From assembly GCA_017609385.1 (NCBI GenBank), contig JAFCEA010000005.1:1-47511 (forward strand): a stretch of DNA of 47,511 nt. The letters are read 5' to 3'. The position numbers were made by a program, and so were the translations under genes. Below, in pieces: positions 7,033 through 16,551 of this stretch (position 1 is its first letter; every line of letters starts with the position of its first letter). This DNA comes from Candidatus Woesearchaeota archaeon. GTDB lineage: Archaea > Nanobdellota > Nanobdellia > Woesearchaeales > CG1-02-33-12. The notes below the pieces were generated by a model that saw nothing but the letters and a program-made list of their open reading frames with translations, was not told where the DNA came from and made no database searches.

Positions 7033-8046
7033 ATGGAGATAGGTTTTTTTGAATTAAAACCTTGGGAAAAAGCCTACTTACAAAAGAAACTAAAGGGCTA
7101 TTCCTTAAAATTTTTTGAAGAACCTCTCAGCAACAATAATGTTTCTAAAGCAAAAAACTCTGATATAATCTCTGTTTTTATTTATTCAAAGATTAACAAA
7201 GATATCCTAAAAAAACTTCCGAAGCTCAAGATTATCACAACAAGGTCAACTGGCTTTGACCATATTGACCTAAAAGAGTGCAGTAAGAGGAAAATTATCA
7301 CCTGTAATATCCCTTATTACGGAGAAAACACAGTTGCAGAGCATACATTTGCCTTAATATTATCTTTATCAAGGAATATTCATAAATCATATGTAAGAAC
7401 CTTAAGGGATGATTTTTCTATTGAGGGTTTGACTGGTTTTGACCTGAAAGGAAAAACCATGGGCATTATCGGGGGAGGCCATATAGGACTGCATGTAGCA
7501 AAAATGGCTCGCGGTTTTGGAATGAATGTGCTTGTCTATGATATAAATAAGCAGAATTTCCTGGCAGAAGTAATTGGATTTAGTTATGCAAATCTTGACG
7601 AATTATTAAAGAAATCAGATATAATTTCATTGCATGTTCCATATAACAAGCACACTCACCACTTAATAAATAGGAACAATATAAAGAAGATAAAAAAAGG
7701 TGCAATCCTAATAAATACTTCTAGGGGAGGGGTGGTTGATACAAGTGCTTTACTGTATGCCCTAGAAAAGAAAATCCTAGGTGGAGCTGGTCTGGATGTA
7801 ATTGAGGGTGAAGAGCTAATAAAAGAGGAGCATGAGCTCCTTTATGAAACAGGAAATCCAGAGAAATGGAAAACCATTGTCAGGGATCACAAAATATTCC
7901 ATATGGATAATGTTGTTTTTACTCCGCATAATGCCTTCAATAGCAAAGAAGCATTAATCAGGATATTAGATACAACAATAGGGAATATAGAATCCTATTC
8001 TAATAAAAATCCTGTAAATGTTGTTAATTCACAAGAAAGGATCTAA
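7033..8046 (+). CDS. D-isomer-specific 2-hydroxyacid dehydrogenase (NAD-binding)
   Basis: Rossmann motif GIIGGGHIGLHVAKMARGFGMNVLVYD and the C-terminal FTPHNAF motif typical of the family. The track ORF starts at 6922, inside the tRNA-Val 3' end. The first plausible start is ATG 7033 (MEIGFFELKPW). Confidence 0.85.
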   Translation: MEIGFFELKPWEKAYLQKKLKGYSLKFFEEPLSNNNVSKAKNSDIISVFIYSKINKDILKKLPKLKIITTRSTGFDHIDLKECSKRKIITCNIPYYGENTVAEHTFALILSLSRNIHKSYVRTLRDDFSIEGLTGFDLKGKTMGIIGGGHIGLHVAKMARGFGMNVLVYDINKQNFLAEVIGFSYANLDELLKKSDIISLHVPYNKHTHHLINRNNIKKIKKGAILINTSRGGVVDTSALLYALEKKILGGAGLDVIEGEELIKEEHELLYETGNPEKWKTIVRDHKIFHMDNVVFTPHNAFNSKEALIRILDTTIGNIESYSNKNPVNVVNSQERI

Positions 8047-8105
8047 TTTGAAAAAATATTGGAAAAACAGAAAATCCTTATAAAAATACTGGAACCATTA
8101 AGGAG

Positions 8106-9164
8106 GTGAATAATATCAGAAAAATAAAAGAAGAATTTTCGAAATACTTTATCTTTTTATTTTTTATTATAGCTGCTTATATGGTTTTTTTGGTTGTCAA
8201 ACCATTTATAGTTGCAATATTAACTAGCATTATAATCTCATATATCTCCTACCCCTTATACAAATGGATTAATAAAAAAACCAAGAGAAAAAACCTTTCT
8301 GCTATTATAGTAACAATGCTTGTAATAATTTTAATAATCACCCCAATTTTATTTATCGTGAATTCGCTTACAAGAGAAGTAACAACTGTTTATACTGATT
8401 CAAAACAAAGGATCGCAGAGGGGAATATAATTGATACAGAACCTGGCTCTAATTTATGGAAATTAAACTCTTTCCTGGTTAATATAGCAGAGAAACCGCA
8501 AATTAGTTCTTCCCTCGACAATATCACAAACACTATAATAAGCTCATTATCAAATTTTATATTTACAATACCAAAAAGAATACTTAGTTTTTTTGTTATG
8601 ATATTTTTAATCTTTTTCATGTTAAGGGATGGGGAGTTAATGGTTAAAAAGATAAAATATCTTATACCATTAAAAAATCATTACCAAAATAAGATAGTAA
8701 AAAAATTTGGCAGTGTTACACGTGCTGTTATATATGGACACTTTATAACAGCATTAATCCAAGGCATGGTTGGTACATTAGGATTATATATATTTGGAAT
8801 TAAATCACCCCTTGTATGGGGGGGGATTATGATAGTTGCATGTATGATACCCTTTGTTGGCGCACCAATTGTATGGTTTCCCCTTGGAGTTTTTAAACTC
8901 ATTATTGGTCTGACATCTAGCAACAGTTCTGCAACCATTATGGGTATAGGTCTTCTTGCTTATGGCTTTATTATAGTCTCATCAATTGACAATTTAATAA
9001 AGCCTAAAATTATTGGTGATAAGGCAAGGATTCATCCTACAATCATACTGTTGGGGATATTGGGTGGATTAGCTATTTTTGGATTTATAGGAATTGTTGT
9101 AGGTCCCTTGATATTATCACTATTTTTGACATTTGCTGAAATCTATAAAACAGAGATTATCTAA
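8106..9164 (+). CDS. AI-2E family (PerM/UPF0118) membrane transporter
   Basis: Polytopic membrane protein with family-typical FMLRDGE and IPFVGAPIVWFP segments. GTG start directly after aaggagg. Confidence 0.78.
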   Translation: MNNIRKIKEEFSKYFIFLFFIIAAYMVFLVVKPFIVAILTSIIISYISYPLYKWINKKTKRKNLSAIIVTMLVIILIITPILFIVNSLTREVTTVYTDSKQRIAEGNIIDTEPGSNLWKLNSFLVNIAEKPQISSSLDNITNTIISSLSNFIFTIPKRILSFFVMIFLIFFMLRDGELMVKKIKYLIPLKNHYQNKIVKKFGSVTRAVIYGHFITALIQGMVGTLGLYIFGIKSPLVWGGIMIVACMIPFVGAPIVWFPLGVFKLIIGLTSSNSSATIMGIGLLAYGFIIVSSIDNLIKPKIIGDKARIHPTIILLGILGGLAIFGFIGIVVGPLILSLFLTFAEIYKTEII

Positions 9165-9167
9165 AAG

Positions 9168-10661
9168 ATGAAATTAAAAGTAAAGGATATTGATATTGCA
9201 ACAGGCTGGCCCTTAGTAGCAGTACTAAATGAGCTTGATGCACTAAAACTTGATCTTCATTATGAAGACAGGCTTAAAATTAAAAAAGGAAGGAAGAGTG
9301 TTATTGCAATAATAGATATTACTGAGTCCAAAAAAGTAGTTCCAACTGGCCAAATAGGATTGTATGAGGAGGTTTTAACCAAGCTAAATGCAAAATCAGG
9401 CAATTTTGTTGATGTATCTCTTGTTGAAAAGCCTGTTTCCATACAGTATATCAAGAGGAAATTAAAAGGAAAAAAGCTTGGTTATAAGGAGATTTATAAG
9501 ATTATTGATGATATAAACAATAACAGATTAAGTGAGATAGAGATAACTTATTTTGTTTCTGCCTGCTACACAAAAGGCCTTGATCTTGATGAAACTGTTT
9601 CATTGACAAAGGCAATGATCAATACAGGAGGAATATTAAAATTGAATAAATACCCTGTAATGGACATGCATTGTATTGGGGGGGTTGCTGGAAACAGGAC
9701 AACAATGGTTGTAGTGCCAATAGTTGCTGCTGCTGGCCTGACAATTCCAAAAACATCATCAAGGAGCATAACAAGCCCTTCTGGGACAGCTGATACAATG
9801 GAGGTTTTATGTAATGTATGTTTTTCAATCAAAGAAATAAAAAATATTATTAAGAAAACAAATGCCTGTCTTATATGGGGCGGCTCTGTTAACCTTGCGC
9901 CTGCAGATGATAAGATAATAAGAATAGAGCATCCTTTATCACTTGACCCAGAGGGCCAGCTTCTGGCCAGCATTTTGGCAAAGAAAAAATCTGTTTCTGC
10001 AACACACTTACTTATTGATATACCTGTTGGCAAAGGAGCTAAGATAGAAAGCAGGAAAAAAGCACTTTACTTAAAGAGGCTTTTTGAATCAATATCAAAA
10101 AAGCTTGGAATAAAAATTAGGGTTGTAATCATAGACGGCTCTCAGCCAATAGGAAATGGCATTGGACCAGAATTAGAGGCAAGGGATGTTATGTGGGTTT
10201 TGGAAAATGATTTAAGACAGCCTCTTGATTTAAAAGAAAAATCAATTAAAATGGCTGGACTGCTTCTTGAGATGGGGGGAAAGGCAAAAAAAGGGGCTGG
10301 CACTAAAAAGGCATTGAAAATACTTAACTCAGGAGCTGCTTACAGGAAAATGATGCAAATCATAAGAGCTCAGTGCGGTAAGAAGATAAAAGCTGATGAC
10401 ATAAAGATAGGGAAATTCAGATATAACTTTAGAGCTAAGAAATCTGGTGTTGTAACCCATATAGATAATGACTCAATCTCCAAGATAGCAAGGGCTGCAG
10501 GAGCTCCACTTGACAAAGGTGCAGGAATCTACCTTCATAAGCATGTTAAGGATTCTGTTAAGAAAGGAGATAAAATATTTACAGTTTATGCTAAAAATAA
10601 GCAAAAGCTAGGTTATGCTGTTAATGTTCTCAGAAAGATAGATGGTGTTGTTGTTAAGTAA
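9168..10661 (+). CDS. deoA: AMP phosphorylase (archaeal thymidine-phosphorylase-family enzyme)
   Basis: About 500 aa with the extra N-terminal domain (MKLKVKDIDIATG...DRLKI) ahead of the glycosyltransferase-family-3 core (HCIGGVAGNRTT, TSSRSITSPSGTADTME). Confidence 0.78.
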   Translation: MKLKVKDIDIATGWPLVAVLNELDALKLDLHYEDRLKIKKGRKSVIAIIDITESKKVVPTGQIGLYEEVLTKLNAKSGNFVDVSLVEKPVSIQYIKRKLKGKKLGYKEIYKIIDDINNNRLSEIEITYFVSACYTKGLDLDETVSLTKAMINTGGILKLNKYPVMDMHCIGGVAGNRTTMVVVPIVAAAGLTIPKTSSRSITSPSGTADTMEVLCNVCFSIKEIKNIIKKTNACLIWGGSVNLAPADDKIIRIEHPLSLDPEGQLLASILAKKKSVSATHLLIDIPVGKGAKIESRKKALYLKRLFESISKKLGIKIRVVIIDGSQPIGNGIGPELEARDVMWVLENDLRQPLDLKEKSIKMAGLLLEMGGKAKKGAGTKKALKILNSGAAYRKMMQIIRAQCGKKIKADDIKIGKFRYNFRAKKSGVVTHIDNDSISKIARAAGAPLDKGAGIYLHKHVKDSVKKGDKIFTVYAKNKQKLGYAVNVLRKIDGVVVK

Positions 10662-10746
10662 TTCTAAGGTCCATAAGTTATGTTTTCATAAAAACTTAAA
10701 CAAAATTTAGAAATGTTTATATATAACCAAATAAATAATTAACTTA

Positions 10747-11589
10747 ATGAAACCAAAAAGAGTGCTGATAGCAAGTTTTGTTCTTATTATAGCAGGCCTA
10801 TTCTTCATGCTAAACTTTGAGGCAAATATAACCGGAGCAGTAGCCGGGGCCCCTGCAACTGCCTTAAACCCAGCATCAAGCATATTGTTTGGATTTTTCC
10901 TCATATGGATTGCAGGGATTATGTTGGTTGGTGCAACAGAAAAAAAGAAAAAACCTTTTCCGGATTTAGAGGAAATTATGGAAAAAGCCCCCGTTGTTAC
11001 AGGAGAAAAATTCTTAGATGATCTAAAAAAAATTCCTGTTTCTGCGGATGATAGGGGATTTGAACTCGATGCAGCTTATGCAGATATAATCCGCAGTCTT
11101 GGTGCAAAGTATCCAAGCCAGTTAGACAAGAAAGGCAAGTATAAAGCCGGAAGCATGTTCATAAGTCAACTAAAATTAAAACATGTTGAAGATTTTTATG
11201 GCAAGAAAGGAGTAGAGAATTATATTGAAGCATTAGAAAAAGGGGATTACAAGGAAAAAGGGAAGGTTGATGAATCATTTGCCACATACGAAGGGGTCAC
11301 TAAAAAAGATGAGGCCATATTTAAAATAGACCCAAGTCGAAAGGGTAAATCTGGTCTGGTTGATAAAGTTACGCAAGCTAAAATTGAAAGAGAGGAAAGA
11401 TGGAGAAAAAATTTAAGGGAAAAAGATTTAAAAAGAATTTCTGAAGGTATTAGCGAGATGATAGGAGGAAATCTTGACCCAAATTATTTCATACAGCATC
11501 CTGAGTTGCTTGATGAACTTACAAGAGCGGCAGGGTATCAGGAAATGATAAATCAATTCAAAGAAGGTTACAAAAGAAGAAAAAAATAA
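10747..11589 (+). CDS. Hypothetical membrane-anchored protein (two N-terminal TM segments, charged soluble domain)
   Basis: Long ORF with normal codon usage for the window. No motif recognised. Confidence 0.4.
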   Translation: MKPKRVLIASFVLIIAGLFFMLNFEANITGAVAGAPATALNPASSILFGFFLIWIAGIMLVGATEKKKKPFPDLEEIMEKAPVVTGEKFLDDLKKIPVSADDRGFELDAAYADIIRSLGAKYPSQLDKKGKYKAGSMFISQLKLKHVEDFYGKKGVENYIEALEKGDYKEKGKVDESFATYEGVTKKDEAIFKIDPSRKGKSGLVDKVTQAKIEREERWRKNLREKDLKRISEGISEMIGGNLDPNYFIQHPELLDELTRAAGYQEMINQFKEGYKRRKK

Positions 11590-11619
11590 AATTTTAGAAA
11601 ATTACAAAAAGTAGCTTAA

Positions 11620-12690
11620 CTAAATATTCAACAATCTGCCGTTTACTGTTATTCTCGGGTTTTTAAAGACCTGGTCAAGATGGGTCATTGCAAATATTGA
11701 GCCGCCAAACCAGTTGTTTGAGCCAAGTGCAATATGTGCTGTTCCAAGGGCTTTTTCATCAATAATTGTTGAGCCGATTATTTTTGCTTTTGGATTTAGG
11801 CCTATTCCAAACTCGCAGACCTTTCTTATGCCCCAGGGGTATTTTGAATTTCTTTCAGCCCATGAAAGGCTTTCTTCCAGAAGCCTTGCTTCCTTGCCTC
11901 CCTCAATTCCAACAAGGTCACTGTTTTTAATTATAAGAGTTATTGGTTTGTTTATTACTGTTGTTCCATACCTGTTTCTTGAGCTTCCGTCAACAACAAT
12001 CTTTCCGTTAACTGTTTTTTTCCTTGGAGGAAAATAGACTTCACCAGCAGGCAGGTTGCCACCAGAACCATGTTTGCTGTAATTGCCATCTGCAGACTTG
12101 ACTTTTCCCCTGTCAAATTTCATATGCAGATCTGTTCCAGCTTTTGTCCTTACATGCAGATCTGTTCCCTTTTCAATAACTGCCTTAACTGTTTTATGCT
12201 TTCTTTGTATTTCTGGATAGTTTAGGTTAATTGCTTTTATTAAAGACCTGAAATTCCTTGTTTCTATTGGTCCAAGACTTGTTGTAGAGGCAAATCTCAT
12301 GTTTCTCTGTTTGCACAAGCGCCTATAGCTCTTGGTTATGCCCCTTAAAGAGCCAAGCCTGTTAGACAAAGCAAACAATAAAATGCTTTTCTCACCCAGA
12401 TAATTAATTGCATCAACAATGCTTTTATCTGCCAGATCTCCTCTTAATTTAGGTACCTGAAAAAAAAGTCTTGGATGCAACCCGAGTTTTTTTGCTGCAA
12501 AATAATAAGAGCCTGCAAGTAAAGCAGCAACATGCCTTCTTTCATAGCCAGTATCACCAACTATTAGAACACTTTCATTCTTGGCCTTAAGGCAGTCTTT
12601 GAAAACCCTCTTAAGATAAGTAGAATAAGTTTTGCAGGTGTTTAATAAGTTTTTTTTTCCAAGCCAATCAATGCAAGCCCTTGAATCCAA
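11620..12690 (-). CDS. Aminopeptidase, peptidase family M29 (AmpS/aminopeptidase T-like)
   Basis: GGNLPAGEVYFPP, VVDGS, EFGIGLNPKA, GTAHIALGSN segments typical of M29. TTG start preceded by gaggtg. Confidence 0.72.
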   Translation of the reverse strand: MDSRACIDWLGKKNLLNTCKTYSTYLKRVFKDCLKAKNESVLIVGDTGYERRHVAALLAGSYYFAAKKLGLHPRLFFQVPKLRGDLADKSIVDAINYLGEKSILLFALSNRLGSLRGITKSYRRLCKQRNMRFASTTSLGPIETRNFRSLIKAINLNYPEIQRKHKTVKAVIEKGTDLHVRTKAGTDLHMKFDRGKVKSADGNYSKHGSGGNLPAGEVYFPPRKKTVNGKIVVDGSSRNRYGTTVINKPITLIIKNSDLVGIEGGKEARLLEESLSWAERNSKYPWGIRKVCEFGIGLNPKAKIIGSTIIDEKALGTAHIALGSNNWFGGSIFAMTHLDQVFKNPRITVNGRLLNI

Positions 12691-12817
12691 TTTAACACCT
12701 CAAAGAATAATCTGTTAAGCTTGTTTTTAAATCTTTTGATTGGCAACTGCTTCCGTAAAATCAACGGAAATTTAAGGCAAAGCATAATAAATAATGTATT
12801 TCTATCTAGTATAGGCC

Positions 12818-13081
12818 ATGAAAACCAAAAACCTTAAATACTATAGTGGATTACAGTGCACTATGGTAACCACAATACAAATAAGCAATAAACTGCAGGG
12901 GGAATTGAGTAAAAGAAAGCTTTTCAACAGGGAGACCTATGAAGAGGTTATATGGGACTTAATGGAGGACACAATGGAGCTTAATGAGCAGACTAAAAAA
13001 GAGATTGAAGAGGCCCGCGCAGAAATAAGAAATAACAAATACGTTAAACTTGATGAAGCCAGGAAAAGGCTTGGTATATAA
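12818..13081 (+). CDS. Putative antitoxin partner of RelE (start could instead be ATG 12863)
   Basis: Small acidic protein whose stop overlaps the toxin start (TAATG at 13079-13083). A/T-rich TATA-like stretch ataataaata lies about 26-35 nt upstream of 12818. Confidence 0.55.
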   Translation: MKTKNLKYYSGLQCTMVTTIQISNKLQGELSKRKLFNRETYEEVIWDLMEDTMELNEQTKKEIEEARAEIRNNKYVKLDEARKRLGI

Positions 13082-13335
13082 TGTATGAGATAATTATTTC
13101 TGAAAGAGCTTTCAAACAGATAGGCAGGCTTGAAAAGCCAATGCAGAAAAGGATAATTAAGGCCCTAGAAAGAATAAGGTTCAGGCCTGAGGCTTATGTA
13201 ACAAAATTAGTTGGTGATCCTGGATACAGGCTAAGGGTAGGTGACTACAGGATTATAGTTGACATTAATAAGAGCAAACTTATTATTTTTGTGTTAAAGG
13301 TCGGCCACAGAAAAAACATATACAAAAATTCATGA
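13081..13335 (+). CDS. relE: Type II toxin, RelE/StbE (ParE superfamily) mRNA interferase
   Basis: 84 aa. ...PMQKRIIKALERIRFRPEAYVTKLVGDPGYRLRVGDYRIIVDINKSKLIIFVLKVGHRKNIY is a classic RelE/StbE pattern. Confidence 0.85.
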   Translation: MYEIIISERAFKQIGRLEKPMQKRIIKALERIRFRPEAYVTKLVGDPGYRLRVGDYRIIVDINKSKLIIFVLKVGHRKNIYKNS

Positions 13336-13415
13336 TAATTATTTTCTAAATATAAACTATAAAGTAGTTACAAATAGGAAAGATTTATAAATAAATAGTC
13401 AAATTGGTGTGGTTT

Positions 13416-13931
13416 ATGGACAAAGTAGAAAAACGTTTTAGGGAATTACTTGAAGGAAAGCATGAAAAATGGTCAAATGATATCTATATGTTATCAGATA
13501 TAACTATGCATGATATAGGCTACTTATCCTGTGTTGGTGTGATTATTCTAGGAAAAAAATATGCAGGAATTCTTCATTCAATCTTAGGTAATGATAAACA
13601 AATAGAACCTTTGGTTGAATTGATGTATACAGAGGAATCTAATCTAAAAGGGGTTATTATAGCAGGCGCAGATAATTATGCTAATAATCTGGAAAACAAA
13701 ATGAGGCAAATGGATATCCCAATTATAAATTCATATAAAGACCATTATATGACTAAAGCAGAATTTAACGAATGTTATTGTCAAATAATTGGAGATCATA
13801 GTGAAGAATTCAAAAAAAATCCAAGTAGGACCCCTTATTGGTCAAAGGAAGTTGTTGTTAACCCCTCAACTCAAGAAATTTTGATGTATTCAGGAAGGTC
13901 AGGTTTTTTACAATTAAGCCCCTTAAGATAA
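13416..13931 (+). CDS. Hypothetical protein
   Basis: ORF with window-typical composition. No recognisable motif. The ATG at 13416 is preferred over the TTG at 13404. Confidence 0.35.
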   Translation: MDKVEKRFRELLEGKHEKWSNDIYMLSDITMHDIGYLSCVGVIILGKKYAGILHSILGNDKQIEPLVELMYTEESNLKGVIIAGADNYANNLENKMRQMDIPIINSYKDHYMTKAEFNECYCQIIGDHSEEFKKNPSRTPYWSKEVVVNPSTQEILMYSGRSGFLQLSPLR

Positions 13932-14175
13932 GAAATAAATATTAGATTCTTAATATTTTCCAAACAAAATCTTTAAATAATTCAATTTAAAAATGGCCTA
14001 TAACATGAAAGAAATAAAGCTAACGGGAGATGTAAATGAGTTCCTTCTAGATATATTTCTTTTAACAACACGTTAGTTCTAGTGCATTTTTATAACAAAG
14101 CTTAAATACTATTTTGTTGTTTTATGGTTTTATTAAGGAATATTAAACCAAATAATGATTATGGAGGATGTTCAG

Positions 14176-16092
14176 ATGGCAAAAATAAAAATAAAATTTC
14201 CAGATGGCTCAGTTAAAGAGTATGAAAAGGGAATAAGCATAATTAAGGTAGCAGAAGGCCTAGGAAAAAGGCTTTCAGAGGATGCAATTGCAGCAAAGCT
14301 TAACAATGAATTAGTTGACCTTAACACAAAACTAAACAAAGACTCCAACCTAAAAATAATAACCTTCAAGGATGATGAAGGAAAAGAGGTTTTCAGGCAT
14401 TCAAGTGCTCACCTAATGGCCCAGGCAGTAAAAAACCTCTTTCCAAAAGCAAAATTTGCAATAGGCCCTGCAGTAGAGGAAGGCTTTTACTATGACATTG
14501 ATTATGAAAAGAGCTTCACACCAGAAGACTTTGTAAAAATTGAAAGAGAAATGGACAAGATAGTAAAAGAAAACCTAAGCATTGAAAGAACTGAACTGAC
14601 AAAGAAAGAAGCATTAAAGCTGTTCAAGGACAACCCATACAAGACAGAATTAATAAAAGAACTAAAAGATGAGAAAATAAGCATCTACAAGCAAGGCAAT
14701 TTCATAGATTTTTGCCGCGGTCCACATGTTCCTTCAACAGGAAAACTAAAGGCCTTTAAGCTGACAAAAATAGCAGGAGCATACTGGAAAGGTGATGCAA
14801 AAAACAAGCAGTTGCAGAGACTGTATGGAATCTCATTCCCAGACAAAAAACAGCTAAAAGATTATCTTAAGCTGTTGGAAGAGGCAGAGAAAAGAGACCA
14901 TCGAAAGCTTGGAAAAGAGCTTGACCTTTTCAGCGTCCACGACGAAGGACCTGGTTTTCCATTTTTTCATCCAAAGGGAACTGTTATAATAAATATTTTA
15001 AAAGATTTCTGGAGAAAAGAGCATGCAAAAGCAGGCTATACAGAGGTTATAACACCAATAATATTAAACAGAAATCTTTGGGAGCAGAGCGGCCACTGGG
15101 ATCATTACAAGGAAAACATGTACTTCACTAAAATAGATGACCAGGATTATGCTATAAAGCCAATGAACTGCCCTGGAGGAATATTAATCTACAAGACAAG
15201 ATTAAGATCCTATAGAGAGCTTCCAATGAGAATGGGTGAAATGGGAACTGTTCACAGGCATGAGCTATCTGGTGTTCTTGCAGGCTTATTTAGAGTAAGA
15301 TGCTTTACACAGGATGATGCACACATATACATGACAGAAGAACAGATAAAAAATGAGATTATTGGAGTACTTAACCTGACAGACCACTTCTATAAAACAT
15401 TTGGATTTGATTATAAGGTTGAATTAAGCACAAAGCCAGATAATGCAATGGGTTCTGATGAGTCATGGGAAAAAGCAACCTCTAGCTTAAAAGCTGCTTT
15501 GGATGCAAAAAAAATAAAATACAAGATTAATGAGGGTGAAGGTGCTTTCTATGGCCCAAAAATTGACTTTCATTTAAAGGACTGCCTTGGAAGGACATGG
15601 CAGTGCGGAACAATACAGCTTGATTTTGCAATGCCTGAAAAGTTTAACTTAACTTATGAGGGGAAGGATGGAAAAAAGCACAGGCCTATTATGATTCACC
15701 GTGTTATATATGGCTCAATAGAGAGATTTTTGGGCATACTTATAGAGCATTATGCCGGGAAATTTCCATTATGGCTAAGCCCGGTACAGGCAATTATCTT
15801 AAACATAAATGACAGCCATATTAACTATGGTGAAGAGCTAAAGAAAAAATTAGCTGAGAATAATATAAGGGTTGAAACTGATTTTAGGGCAGAGACAATG
15901 CCAAAAAAGGTTAGGGAAGCGCAGTTAAAGAAAATTCCATTAATCCTGACAGTTGGAGATAAAGAAATAAAAAACAAAACAGTAGCAGTGAGAACACTTG
16001 ACGGCAAGGTTTATTTCAATATAAAGCCAGAAGACTTAATCAAAAAGATGCAGGAGATTATAGACAGGAAATCATCTGAGATTAAGTTTTAA
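14176..16092 (+). CDS. thrS: Threonyl-tRNA synthetase, bacterial-type architecture (TGS + HxxxH/CxxxH editing domain + class II core + anticodon-binding domain)
   Basis: N-terminal TGS (MAKIKIKFPDGSVKEYEKG), editing motifs HSSAHLMAQA and CRGPHV, class II core (FRVRCFTQDDAHIY, GAFYGPKID). ATG 14176 lies 8 nt after ggagga. Confidence 0.92.
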   Translation: MAKIKIKFPDGSVKEYEKGISIIKVAEGLGKRLSEDAIAAKLNNELVDLNTKLNKDSNLKIITFKDDEGKEVFRHSSAHLMAQAVKNLFPKAKFAIGPAVEEGFYYDIDYEKSFTPEDFVKIEREMDKIVKENLSIERTELTKKEALKLFKDNPYKTELIKELKDEKISIYKQGNFIDFCRGPHVPSTGKLKAFKLTKIAGAYWKGDAKNKQLQRLYGISFPDKKQLKDYLKLLEEAEKRDHRKLGKELDLFSVHDEGPGFPFFHPKGTVIINILKDFWRKEHAKAGYTEVITPIILNRNLWEQSGHWDHYKENMYFTKIDDQDYAIKPMNCPGGILIYKTRLRSYRELPMRMGEMGTVHRHELSGVLAGLFRVRCFTQDDAHIYMTEEQIKNEIIGVLNLTDHFYKTFGFDYKVELSTKPDNAMGSDESWEKATSSLKAALDAKKIKYKINEGEGAFYGPKIDFHLKDCLGRTWQCGTIQLDFAMPEKFNLTYEGKDGKKHRPIMIHRVIYGSIERFLGILIEHYAGKFPLWLSPVQAIILNINDSHINYGEELKKKLAENNIRVETDFRAETMPKKVREAQLKKIPLILTVGDKEIKNKTVAVRTLDGKVYFNIKPEDLIKKMQEIIDRKSSEIKF

Positions 16093-16169
16093 TTTTCTTT
16101 TTCTTTAAATAAAACAAAAGATTTATAAAGAAGTTGTAACTAACTAATTACAATAGAACAAAGGTAAAA

Positions 16170-16469
16170 ATGACAGATGTTTACAAGACTCCAAAGTACC
16201 CTAATTCAAATGATTGTGGTTGCGGTTATGCTAACAAGGCTATAGCAGAATTAAAAAATAAAAGAGTATATCCTCTTGCTGAAGAATTAAGTCATATTGA
16301 ATTATTATTACCAAAAGACAAGATAGGAACTCAACCTTTGTCTGATGAAAGCCTGGATGAAATGATTAATTCAGGGGAATATGATTTCTTTGATATTCCT
16401 GAATTACCTTTTAGATTGTTGAATTATAAGTCAAAGATTATTAAGAGTCAAAGATTTTCTCATAAATAA
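16170..16469 (+). CDS. Hypothetical protein
   Basis: 99-aa ORF in an otherwise empty interval. No motif recognised. Confidence 0.3.
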   Translation: MTDVYKTPKYPNSNDCGCGYANKAIAELKNKRVYPLAEELSHIELLLPKDKIGTQPLSDESLDEMINSGEYDFFDIPELPFRLLNYKSKIIKSQRFSHK

Positions 16470-16551
16470 TTATATTTTCTTTTATGATTAAAAGATTAAT
16501 CTTATGTTTTTTCTAAAGTTTTATAAATGAAAACCTGTTTTCAGATGTAAA

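Noticed and set aside
9566-10033. 155-aa minus-strand ORF
   Set aside because: It is antisense to the AMP phosphorylase core and is a typical shadow frame.
12751-12769. Hairpin ttccgt-aaaatca-acggaa upstream of the toxin-antitoxin pair
   Set aside because: It has a 6-bp stem, no adjacent T-tract and no second copy. It is indistinguishable from chance.
13994-14077. 27-codon ORF (MAYNMKEIKLTGDVNEFLLDIFLLTTR) in the gap before thrS
   Set aside because: It has no SD, no motif and is very short. It is probably non-coding leader or promoter DNA.
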